From: a virus
Lineage: Duplodnaviria; Caudoviricetes
Strand: one strand, 5' to 3'
IMG/VR virus record: IMGVR_UViG_3300020050_006168
Span: 1 to 64,000 of that record
Length of the DNA: 64,000 nucleotides
Shown here: one piece after another, positions 28,476 through 38,390 of the stretch
How the letters are laid out: each line of letters starts with the position of its first letter
Numbering within the stretch: the stretch's first letter is position 1
Notes under the pieces: model-generated
The model's database searches: none
What the model was told of the DNA's origin: nothing
What the model saw: only the letters and a program-made list of their open reading frames with translations
Program-made: the position numbers and the translations under genes

Positions 28476-28734
28476 CGGGCATTCTATTAATACTATATGT
28501 TATTCTTTAGGAGATTATATGGGTATCACTATACTATGCTTTGTATTTTCTATAAGCTTCCTAGCTACTGACAACATACATACAAGTACATACATGGTGT
28601 GTGTTTCATTCTTGCTTATGGCTTTGATTCATTTTCTTATGCACATGGCAAACAAGGAATAGTTATGAACTGTCAAACCTGCGGTAATGAATATAATAAA
28701 GAATATGGAAGCTTGCTTTCAAGAAAGGTAAGAT

Positions 28735-29284
28735 ATGAAATTAATAAGAGCAATGTGTTTAGCTATTAGTATTATATTTATATTAACTGTTACAACTATT
28801 TTAGTTGTGGGATCAATTACGCTTTTACTATATGCCGTAAAGTCGCTAGCATTATTGATTGTTTTAGTAACATTTACCATACTTACTATTTTTTGTTATG
28901 GTTGTATAGAAAACTAAGAGGGATTATGAAACTAACACAGATTCGTATCAACCAGCTAATGGATAACCTAAGATACTATTATCTCTTTGAGATGTGGGAA
29001 TCTTATGACTTGACATTCGAAAAGCTTAGAGTGAATAATGTATTCCTAAACCACACAGGAAAGGATAATAACCAATGCCCAATTATAAACTATTCTTCCA
29101 GCACACTAAAGAAACAGAGCTAGTAATCTATGAGCATGATCTGCTAGAACACATACAGGAAGCTCGCTTATCTGTCATGGATAAGTTTGTTGACTTCTAT
29201 ATTGAACCTTATATTGAATACGTTGGACCTGATGGATACTATCTAGACAGTGAAGGAATCTTTCATTACATGGAGGTTAAGTAA
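28735..29284 (+). other. three small hypothetical CDS (one very hydrophobic)
   Basis: ORF track 28735-28917, ~28926-29123, 29075-29284. Confidence 0.45.
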
Positions 29285-30606
29285 TGGAAATCTCAAAGCT
29301 TATTGGTTGTGTCAATGTGCCTGTTAGATTCGGACCTACTGTATCAGATCATTACGGAGCAATAGATCATTTAAAGAATGGCGTTGCAATCCTAATGTCA
29401 GTACAAAAATACTATAGTCATAATCAAGTACAGTTAATGATATTTCATAACAACGAAGTTAGAAATATTATTGTCAAAGGTGACACTAAGATAGCCAGGC
29501 TTAGAAAGAAGTCTGATCTTGAATCAATCTTAAGATCATACTCACGTCAGACCAAGACTAATTATAGTAAACGTCTTGACAAAAAGTCTATGAGACTTGG
29601 CTCAGACCCTGAGTTATTCATTGAACATAACGGACGTGTGGTCCCTTCATTTGAATACCTACCTTCTAAGAAGACACCTATTGAAAGTGAATACAATCAG
29701 TTATACTGGGATGGATACCAAGCTGAGTTCACTACACGAGCAGACACCTGTCTGTCATGGGTAGTAGACTCTGTACAAAATGGATTAAAACAAACCCTTA
29801 GACAAGCACGCATGGTTAATCCTGACTATAAGATCTCAACACAAACTACAATGGACATACCATTTGCTAGATTAGAAACTGACAAAGACGAGCATGTAAG
29901 CTTCGGCTGTATGCCTAGTCTCAATGCCTATGGCATGAAGGGTATCACTGGTGATGGTAGGAATGTAGGGTTTAGATCAGCCGGTGGGCATATACACTTT
30001 GGTCTTGTTGACGGGATGTTTATACAAGAGAAGAAGCTATCTGTGGAGCAAGCAGACCGCATTGTTAAGGCGCTAGACGCTGTCCTAGGGGTAGCATCAG
30101 TGTCTTTGTTTGCGGGCTATGACAACCCTGTTAGACGCACCATGTATGGGTTAGCTGGTGAGTATAGGTTGCCGCCTCATGGTCTAGAGTATAGAGTTCT
30201 TAGTAATGCTTGGATGTTTCATCCCCTCACTATGAACATTGTATTTGAACTTGCTAGGAACGCAGCTATCTTTGGGTTCAATGGATTCATTGGTAACTGG
30301 GAGCATGATGAAGCCGAGACCATTAAGATCATTAACACCTGTGATGTAGAGGGTGCAAGAAAAGTATTAGAGAAGAACAAAGATGTTCTTAAAGGTATCA
30401 TCCAGGCACGCACACTATCTACTGAATCAGACATGGTAGTTGATATGATTATGAAAGGTGTCGATGCTTACTTACCTAACTTCAAAGATGTTGAATCTAA
30501 CTGGCATCTTAGTTCGGGTAAGTGGGTAGGACATTGTGAAGCTGAAGGTTGTAACATCTCTAACTTCTATGCTATGATTAAGAAACAACAAGCCAAGGTA
30601 GGATAG
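29284..30606 (+). CDS. phiEco32-like COOH-NH2 ligase type 2 (glutamine synthetase/GCS fold)
   Basis: 'RLGSDPELF', 'DGYQAEF', 'FGCMPSLNAY', 'RSAGGHIHFG', 'RRTMYGLAGEYR...HGLEYRVLSN.W'. Confidence 0.85.
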   Translation: MEISKLIGCVNVPVRFGPTVSDHYGAIDHLKNGVAILMSVQKYYSHNQVQLMIFHNNEVRNIIVKGDTKIARLRKKSDLESILRSYSRQTKTNYSKRLDKKSMRLGSDPELFIEHNGRVVPSFEYLPSKKTPIESEYNQLYWDGYQAEFTTRADTCLSWVVDSVQNGLKQTLRQARMVNPDYKISTQTTMDIPFARLETDKDEHVSFGCMPSLNAYGMKGITGDGRNVGFRSAGGHIHFGLVDGMFIQEKKLSVEQADRIVKALDAVLGVASVSLFAGYDNPVRRTMYGLAGEYRLPPHGLEYRVLSNAWMFHPLTMNIVFELARNAAIFGFNGFIGNWEHDEAETIKIINTCDVEGARKVLEKNKDVLKGIIQARTLSTESDMVVDMIMKGVDAYLPNFKDVESNWHLSSGKWVGHCEAEGCNISNFYAMIKKQQAKVG

Positions 30607-30607
30607 T

Positions 30608-32787
30608 ATGATGTTGGCAGTTGGTCCTGTGTATTACTTTGAAACGCCTGATTATATCAAGGCTCACTTTGTAATTACAGAAATATTTTCACAGCCAGAA
30701 GAAACATTTGATCCAGAATTACCTTCAATGGCACATGAACCGATAGCAAAAATTAAAATAGTTGATGGCGGAAGTAAAAACCCTAATAAAAATTGGTGGG
30801 AAGTAGGAATGATACATCATCTAACAACCAAAGATTGTATTCAAGGTAAGGTAACAAGACTTATTAAAACAAATGTTAACCGAAACAAAACAACAATGAA
30901 ACAAAGGAGATAATATGTATACATTAATGGAAGCAATCGCATCAGGACGTAAGTTTAAACGAGCAGGATCTACTGGAGCCTATGGTATTCCAGCTACCTT
31001 TGGTCACGGTGATGTAGTCGCAACAGACTATGTGCTAGAACCTGCGGCTATTACGCTCTCAGCGGCTGACCTTGCCACGGCATGGGATGAAGTAGCAGAT
31101 GAGTTCACTAACGTAAAGCCATCAGCCAGCAGCCCGCTGTTTGCTAAGCTTGTTGCTGCGTTGTTTGAATAATCCGTTACAAGTAGGAGATACCTTTACC
31201 TGGGGTAGTGGCTGTGAGCACTATGTTGTAACTAGGATACTAGGTGATGGTTACTTTAAAGCTGCCATCTATTATTCCTACAGTACATTTCGTGAAGAAA
31301 TAACATTTAGTAAGTCATTTAATAATGACCACATGATTCTTCTTCAAGGATTAAGACCTGGTATCAGACCACCAAGTAAGAGCAATTATAAAGGGAGGAA
31401 GTATGCGCTTCGCATTGGCAGATGAACCAGTTGACTATCAGATTACAGTTCATTATAATAATTACATTGCTCACTACGGAGCCTACTTCCTAGATCATCT
31501 TGAGTATGTGAATACATACATGGCTAGAGAGTCTGTGTGTAAACAGTTCCCATTAATGCACGGGTTCATTATCACATACGGATATGATAAGCTTATTACA
31601 TTTCATTCTATGATCAGTGCATCTAAGGTAGTTGCTTCATGATACAAGTAAGATCATGGGACCAGATCAAAGCAGGAGATACATTAATCTATTATGATAA
31701 GACAGATGAAATGGCATTTGATCAAAGATACTATTATATAATCTTATCTGTATCAGATAACTATTACATACAGGAAGCTAGAAGATTTGATGGTATCTAT
31801 AAAGGTACGGCCAACACTAGAAGAAAAGAAGATATAGAAGAACGAATTAAAAACGGCCATGTGTTTTTTAAAGATAAGAGTAACAACAAGAGGAGTAAGT
31901 ATGGGTTTAAGCCGACGCCTCGTAGGAATGTTTAGGATATTAGATCCTGACGACAAGCTTGAACAGGTATACTATGGATGGATTGTAGTAGGTGATGGTG
32001 GTGACGTGTTCTATACATCACATGATGAACATCTTAGTCCTGATAAGTTTGTATCTCAATATGTATTAGAAGAACAATACAGTATGGATGTATATGATGC
32101 TGAAGAGGATGAGACAAGTGAACAGGAGTTTGACATTGAGGTTATGATCCTTAATCAGAACACAATGCATCTACATAACTTAAGTATTGAATCATGGAGA
32201 GAACTTAGATACGCTGGTGACTACGGACACCTTGAATGGTTAGAACAATTAGCTCTTAACAAAGTAAAAGAATTGCAACCTAAAGAAGATGAAGAGGATG
32301 GTGTATATGGGAACTAAAGTATTGGAAGAAGATAGCAAGACCGGCAGTTCACACATTGTGTCATTGAACTACGAGATTCCTAAGTATCAAATAGGAATGA
32401 TTGTTGGGTTCAATAATGTAGATCCTTCTCAACCTGATAAGATGATTGAGTCTGAGGTAACAGCTATTCAATCCTCAATAGATCTTGATAAGGAAGGTAA
32501 CATCGTAGAGAATCATGCGTATGAATTATCTAACGGTATGTTAATCCTTGAGGAAGATGTTGAGTATTACTTTCCTTTGGATGATGAAGATGAAGTATAA
32601 TATAGGTGATGTAATTAAATTTAAAAAAGATGGTTTTAGCATACAAGATCATTTTGAATTGATTGAGAAATACAGACTGGTAGATTTTGTAGGTAAAGTT
32701 ATACAGTCAGAGCTAGTACGTCCTAGAACCAATGTTCCAAAACAAAAGGCGCAGCTATCCCTATATATCCGTAAGATCAATACCTAA
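30608..32787 (+). other. run of ~8 small hypothetical early CDS, several with SH3/KOW-like 'xGD' starts
   Basis: ORF track; 'LQVGDTF', 'IKAGDTL', 'YQIGMIV', 'YNIGDVI'. Confidence 0.5.
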
Positions 32788-32963
32788 GCTAATGTTATAG
32801 GTATAGTGTAATCTCTCTATAGCCTTGAGAGATACTTGTTTCATTTTACTACAGAGCTACCCGCCGGATTCGCAATTGAACGGTAAAAGATAGGTGCCTC
32901 AAACTAGGTAACAAGTTACCGGACTCTAGCCAATACATTCCAATAGGTGGATATGAATACGTT

Positions 32964-33455
32964 TCATTTCTTCCCCGTATCCATCTCTATTAGACAGCCT
33001 CTAGAATCATCCCCCAGAACCATGCAGTTTTCAGGACCGCTTCCTATTTCAATCTGGGCTTTAGGTTTATAGATCTTTGCTGGTTTAAAGTATGGGCCTT
33101 TCATTCCACATACTTTGTCTAAACATCTTTGTAAGGATTTGTTATCATAAGCTTTAACTCTGAACACTTTGTATCCAGTGCTTCTATACTTCTTATCTTT
33201 CTTTATATCTTTTTTCTTTTGTGCTTCAGTATCATGTATACTACCATCAACTTCAATAATATACTTATACTTTCTGTTGATAACATCAGGAATGTAGCAA
33301 GCAAATGGAACATTAAACTCATCGTCTATTGTTCTATATGGAAGGAAGTGAGACATGAACCAACGCTCAGATCTAGGTATGTTCTGTCTTATCTTAGCTG
33401 CGAATTGTTTTAGTTTTAATCGCTTTAATTTAGTTGACTCTCTAACCATTGTCAT
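32964..33455 (-). CDS. DUF559/Vsr-like PD-(D/E)XK endonuclease, inverted relative to neighbours
   Basis: 'RSERWF', 'YIPDV', 'IIEVDGSIHD', 'QKKKD..KD..Y...GYKVFRV'; RBS GGGGAG before ATG 33455. Confidence 0.75.
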   Translation of the reverse strand: MTMVRESTKLKRLKLKQFAAKIRQNIPRSERWFMSHFLPYRTIDDEFNVPFACYIPDVINRKYKYIIEVDGSIHDTEAQKKKDIKKDKKYRSTGYKVFRVKAYDNKSLQRCLDKVCGMKGPYFKPAKIYKPKAQIEIGSGPENCMVLGDDSRGCLIEMDTGKK

Positions 33456-33467
33456 CTCCCCGTAGTA

Positions 33468-33496
33468 TCTATAACACAACCCTTATGTAATGTCAA
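33468..33496 (-). promoter_or_regulatory. sigma70-type promoter for the inverted endonuclease
   Basis: Minus strand TTGACA-17 bp-TATAGA with TG extension. Confidence 0.55.
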
Positions 33497-34274
33497 GGAT
33501 AATTATGCAAGAACACTTAGCTAAGATTATGATATTAAATAAAGAAGATCAAACAAAGCTCATGCCTTTTTTTAGTATTGGTTATGTGGATGCTGTTGGT
33601 ATACCAATCATCCTTAATAGAATTGAAGCACAAAAATATTATTTTTATTCTTTACGCGTACAGAACAATCATGTAACCTTTAATGAAGTGTATTTAAAGA
33701 ATACACCAGAGGTTACTTTCTTATTACAAGAAATATTTAATAGATCAACACAAACTAAATCTAACTTTAAGTGGGGCAGGAATGTACATAAATAGAATGG
33801 CTTGTGTTCCAACAGAACTATTATACACTATGAATCTTATACAGAAACAAGAAAGCTATAGTGAAAAAATGATTCTTCATGTTAAGGAACGATGCTCTGA
33901 ATATGTTATTATTTGTTGGGGCTATACAATAAATAAGTTTAATAACGATGTTCATGTATTAGATATTCCAGTGACAGAAGTGTTGCTCAATAAACTATTA
34001 CATACTTATGAAATGAAGGCAGCCCATGATACTAAAACCAATTTTAAATTTAAAAGGAGTAGCCATGTCTGATAGAACTAGAGTTTTTGTTTACAAACGA
34101 AGCGATCAATTCTCAGTTGATGTAGTAGTCAACGAGCTAGCAGCATCTGTTGTGTTCAGTAATATTGTTACACCAGAGAACTCTCCGGCTGCTGTTAAAG
34201 AATTGTTTCTTGAGGAAGCAGAGAAGGCTGTGACTAAACAACTAGAGGGAGACAACTATGCTCAAGGGTCTTGA
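33490..34274 (+). other. three small hypothetical CDS; the first two share a C-terminal TK(S/T)NFK motif
   Basis: 'QTKSNFKWGRNVHK*' and 'DTKTNFKFKRSSHV*'. Confidence 0.55.
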
Positions 34275-34710
34275 GTTAGAAAAGGAAAAAGAATATCCGT
34301 TAGATGCAAAGCCTGATGGCACGGTTATTCTACCTGTAAACCTTCAAGGTATCATGGAGTTTGGTTCTGCTTATCGTAGATTCAAATGGTTGTATCCTGA
34401 AACGTATAAGAAGTATGTGGCTGATTGTATTGAGGGTGTTGTATTTCCTGGCAGTGTTCGTATGTATAAAGAGAAAGGCCAGAACATTATCTTATTATAC
34501 TATAAGCTATATGAAGTGGGTGACATGAAACAATTTGAAACACCAAGACTTGACACTCAGTTGTTAACTTGTATTCATAATTTGTTTCAGCTTGACATAC
34601 CAGGAAACAAAGTGTATGCTCCACCTATCAGCTATGAGTTAACTATTCAAACCATCATCAAACAATTAGAAACACACAAAGATTTTAAATGGATTGTGTT
34701 GGGAGATTAA
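34258..34710 (+). CDS. divergent macrodomain (Poa1p/DarG-like)
   Basis: 'LDA...VILPVNLQGIMEFGSAYRRFKWLYPETYKKYVADC...V.PG' follows the LDA..vn.VN..G.Mg.G.A..FK..(F/Y)Pe..k.Y...C pattern. Confidence 0.55.
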   Translation: MLKGLELEKEKEYPLDAKPDGTVILPVNLQGIMEFGSAYRRFKWLYPETYKKYVADCIEGVVFPGSVRMYKEKGQNIILLYYKLYEVGDMKQFETPRLDTQLLTCIHNLFQLDIPGNKVYAPPISYELTIQTIIKQLETHKDFKWIVLGD

Positions 34711-34711
34711 T

Positions 34712-35197
34712 ATGAAGTTAGTTATTGAAAACATTAAACAGTTTGGTGAACACAATAAAAATATTGTGAACAAACTTAAAGAATATATTGAACTAAGATT
34801 TAAGAATACTAATATTGTTTGCACTGAAATCATTGGTATGAATGTAGATCTTGAAGGACAAGAAGATACTCAACGCATACTGGTCGTTAAGGGTTTTGAT
34901 AAAGAGAATAAGTTTCTTAAATCATCTAAGACTAATATGATTAAACTTAAAGAAGGAGACAGTCGTATTGCTAAGTTTGGTAAGGCAACATTAGATAGTC
35001 ACCGACTAACAGAGAAACAGTATAACGAATTACTTAGAATATTTAATGAACACTTAGATAGCATTGGTATTGAATGTGATATATATTTACAAGAGTTCCA
35101 AGATGATCCTATGTCTATGACATACATCAGAAAAGATAATCAAGTTGTAATTAAAGAATGGTTGAAGCCAAAATCATTTACTGAGGAGAACGTATGA
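34712..35197 (+). CDS. hypothetical protein
   Basis: ORF track; coupled to the amidoligase gene. Confidence 0.55.
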   Translation: MKLVIENIKQFGEHNKNIVNKLKEYIELRFKNTNIVCTEIIGMNVDLEGQEDTQRILVVKGFDKENKFLKSSKTNMIKLKEGDSRIAKFGKATLDSHRLTEKQYNELLRIFNEHLDSIGIECDIYLQEFQDDPMSMTYIRKDNQVVIKEWLKPKSFTEENV

Positions 35198-36471
35198 TTA
35201 ATATTAAGCACGAGATTGCTAGTAAAAATAAAGACGATAGCTTCTCAATCCATAGAAACATTGAGATCTTTAGTAAGCTTAATAAGATTAAAGCTTTAAG
35301 GAATAGAGATCGTATTGCTATTGAACATATGAAAGATGACATCAAGGGAATGCGAGATGAATTAAAATACAATCTGTATTCAATTAATCTATTAACATTT
35401 AAATCAAAGAACTTTATCTTTGAGTATCTGTTAGATGCAGATAGCTTAGATAGATTTAGACCACGCAAAGTAGATGAGAAGCCAATTGATTATTTAAAAG
35501 CTAGGTATAAAGAATTGATTCAGGCTAAGTCTGAACATCTTAAACAGATTAAAGAATACAGAGCTAAGACAAAACGATTAGACGAACAGAAGAAACAAAC
35601 GCTCGGCTTTAATTATAGCATGACTGGTGGTGTGTTTAATAAACCAGGACAAGTCATTGCGCTACAGTCCGTAGAGAATCAGCTTAGTCGTATTGGCAAA
35701 GCCAAGGCTCCTAACAAAGAAAGCAAGAACAAGTATGTGGGTATTGAACTTGAGTTAGTTGCTAAGGTTAATCGTAATAAACTCAATGAGTTATTATGTA
35801 AAGCTTTCCTAGCTGGTTATGTTTATGTTAAACATGATGGTTCAATTACTATTGAGAATGATGGTGAGTATCCACATGAGATTACTGTTCTATGTAAAGA
35901 ACAAGATGTTTCTAGTGTAGTCAATAGGTTGTGTGCTGTTCTTAATAGCAAAGAAGTCGGGGCTTATGTAAACAATAGTTGTGGTCTTCATGTTCACATT
36001 GATTGTCGCAATAGAAAACCTAATGATGTTTACAATAATGTAACAAGATGTTTACCCCTTCTTAAAAAGATGGTACCGCAGAATCGAATCAACTCGCAAC
36101 ATGCCACTAGATATTGTAAGATGAATCAAACTTCTTCATGGGATGATGCACAGAACAATGATAGATATATGGCAGTCAATGTTCAATCGTATAGAAATCT
36201 TAAGACGATTGAGATTCGTATGCACAGTGGTACAACTAACGCAGCTAAGATAATTAACTGGTGCAGCATCCTATGCGGCGCAGCTAATCATCCTACATTA
36301 TTAGACAAAGATATCTCAACTGCTTATGAGTATACAGATGTCATTGGATGTAATGGTAAGTTGACTGGGTATATGTTGAAACGAATTGATTTGTTCACAG
36401 GTAAATTGTCTACGGCAATTGACACAAGAACAGATCATTTCTTTTATGACAATGTTGAAACAGCAGTATAA
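35194..36471 (+). CDS. putative amidoligase (Amidoligase_2-type COOH-NH2 ligase) with long N-terminal coiled region
   Basis: 'VGIELEL', 'KHDGSI', 'HEIT', 'NSCGLHVHID', 'RYMAVN', 'TIEIRMHSGT'. Confidence 0.85.
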   Translation: MINIKHEIASKNKDDSFSIHRNIEIFSKLNKIKALRNRDRIAIEHMKDDIKGMRDELKYNLYSINLLTFKSKNFIFEYLLDADSLDRFRPRKVDEKPIDYLKARYKELIQAKSEHLKQIKEYRAKTKRLDEQKKQTLGFNYSMTGGVFNKPGQVIALQSVENQLSRIGKAKAPNKESKNKYVGIELELVAKVNRNKLNELLCKAFLAGYVYVKHDGSITIENDGEYPHEITVLCKEQDVSSVVNRLCAVLNSKEVGAYVNNSCGLHVHIDCRNRKPNDVYNNVTRCLPLLKKMVPQNRINSQHATRYCKMNQTSSWDDAQNNDRYMAVNVQSYRNLKTIEIRMHSGTTNAAKIINWCSILCGAANHPTLLDKDISTAYEYTDVIGCNGKLTGYMLKRIDLFTGKLSTAIDTRTDHFFYDNVETAV

Positions 36472-36485
36472 GAAAGGCATAACCG

Positions 36486-37592
36486 ATGTGTAAAGTATTA
36501 ATGATTCCGGCTATCAAAGAAGATAAGAGAAAAGAAACTGAAGACTTCATCTATGTTATGTCACAGATCATGACCAAGAATAACAATGATGGTCTTGGTT
36601 ATGCAGCAATTGATGATGAAGGTAAGTTGTTTGGCGAGCGTTGGTTTGTAAACAACATGGCATTCAGAGACCCTAATGAATTTAAACGTACAGAGTTTCA
36701 AGCTCATCAGGATAGAGCTAGAAGTATTGTAGACAAATGGGGAGACGCTCTAAAGAAGATGCGCTTCGGTGCTTATGAACCGTTTGTGTTCACTGGTAAT
36801 AAGGAAGATGTATACAATAACTTTGGAGAAGATCCTAAGTTAAGTAGAGCGCGAGCTATTACTTTGCATACACGCTATGCTACTTGTGAAAAGAACCTGA
36901 CCAATGTTCATCCCTTTGTTGATCAAGACACCAGCGTTATTCATAACGGTGTGATTAGTAATCATAAAGAGTTTGATCTTAAGTTATCCACTTGTGATAG
37001 CGAGAGTATCCTTATCTCGTATCTTGATAACAATGTAAACAATGATCCGACTGGTGCATTTCATAATGAGAACGGTGTGAAAGAAATGGCCAATGCTTTA
37101 GATGGTTACTATGCAACGGGTATCTTTAGTAGAGATGTTGACGGCAATCGTATCCTTGATGTAGTCCAATGGAACAATCGTAACCTCAGTGTGTGTTACA
37201 TCTATGATCTTGAGACTTATGTTATTGCTACTTCAGATCATGATATCAAGGAAGCTTGTAAAGAACTTGGCTACCTACACGATGGCACCATTGATTTGAA
37301 TGAAGGGTTCTTAACTAGAATCAATCCTTTCAATGGCGAAGTAATGTTGCAGGTTAAGTTTGAAAAAGAAGTTAAGAAAGTAGAACATAAAACATACCCT
37401 GAATACAAACCATGGGAGCAATACTTTAAACAGAACGAAGAGAAAACTAAAGTGTTACCACATAGACATCACCAAAAAGTATCTAACATAGATCAAGCCA
37501 CAATGAATATGCTTAGACTTAAGCCAACAATTAAAGAATTAAATGAGAGAGCAGTAGAAGAATTTAAAATGGCATCAGGATATTGGGAGTAA
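36486..37592 (+). CDS. class II (Ntn) glutamine amidotransferase
   Basis: N-terminal nucleophile Cys2 'MCK', 'NNDGLG', 'HTRYAT', 'NVHPF', 'HNGVI', 'CDSE'. Confidence 0.9.
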   Translation: MCKVLMIPAIKEDKRKETEDFIYVMSQIMTKNNNDGLGYAAIDDEGKLFGERWFVNNMAFRDPNEFKRTEFQAHQDRARSIVDKWGDALKKMRFGAYEPFVFTGNKEDVYNNFGEDPKLSRARAITLHTRYATCEKNLTNVHPFVDQDTSVIHNGVISNHKEFDLKLSTCDSESILISYLDNNVNNDPTGAFHNENGVKEMANALDGYYATGIFSRDVDGNRILDVVQWNNRNLSVCYIYDLETYVIATSDHDIKEACKELGYLHDGTIDLNEGFLTRINPFNGEVMLQVKFEKEVKKVEHKTYPEYKPWEQYFKQNEEKTKVLPHRHHQKVSNIDQATMNMLRLKPTIKELNERAVEEFKMASGYWE

Positions 37593-37595
37593 ACA

Positions 37596-38390
37596 ATGCA
37601 CAAACTATTCATAGCTCCATACATCATGGGGTCTGAGTCAGCAAGGGATCTAGCAAGGTCCCTTTCTTGTTTCAGGATTGACGGTAGTAAGAAAGTATAT
37701 GATGCTCATATTATTAATTGGGGCAGGAGTGACCTGCATATTAATGGTAGTAGAAATAGAATCATTAACTCACCACAAGCGGTGGGACTTGCTGCTAATA
37801 AGATTGAAACATTCAAGACACTGACTAGAGATGGTGTGCCTTGTGTTGACTGGACACTTGATAAAGAACAAGCAAGACAGTGGTTAGATGATGGACACAT
37901 TGTCTATGCTCGCACTAACGTAAATGGTTCTAGTGGTGATGGCATTGTTATTGTAGGTCAAGATGATTTACATTTCCCATCAGCTAGGTTATATACAAAA
38001 GGATTTAATAAGACACATGAGTATAGAGTTCACGTTGCCTTTGGTAGTGTGATTGACTATAGTAAGAAGCGTAAGCGTAATGACATTGCAGTTAACCCAT
38101 ACATTAAGAACTTTGATAGTGGTTGGGTGTTCTGTCGTGATGGTGTGGCCTTACCTGAATCAGTATCAGATACTTGTATTGCGGCAATTGATTCCCTCGG
38201 TCTTGACTTCGGTGCGCTTGATGTGTTGTATAAAGAACGAGACAACCAAGTTAAAGTGTTGGAAGTAAACACAGCACCAGGTATTGAAGGCACCACACTT
38301 ACTAAGTACACAGAAGCATTTAAGATTCATTGCCCACTAACTATTAACAGGAGACAATATGGACAAGATAGATTTAGTTTACGCAGATAA
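37596..38390 (+). CDS. ATP-grasp peptide ligase (RimK/phiEco32-like)
   Basis: 'AANKIETF', 'GSSGDGI', 'EYRVHV', 'DFGALDV', 'VLEVNTAPG'. Confidence 0.88.
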   Translation: MHKLFIAPYIMGSESARDLARSLSCFRIDGSKKVYDAHIINWGRSDLHINGSRNRIINSPQAVGLAANKIETFKTLTRDGVPCVDWTLDKEQARQWLDDGHIVYARTNVNGSSGDGIVIVGQDDLHFPSARLYTKGFNKTHEYRVHVAFGSVIDYSKKRKRNDIAVNPYIKNFDSGWVFCRDGVALPESVSDTCIAAIDSLGLDFGALDVLYKERDNQVKVLEVNTAPGIEGTTLTKYTEAFKIHCPLTINRRQYGQDRFSLRR

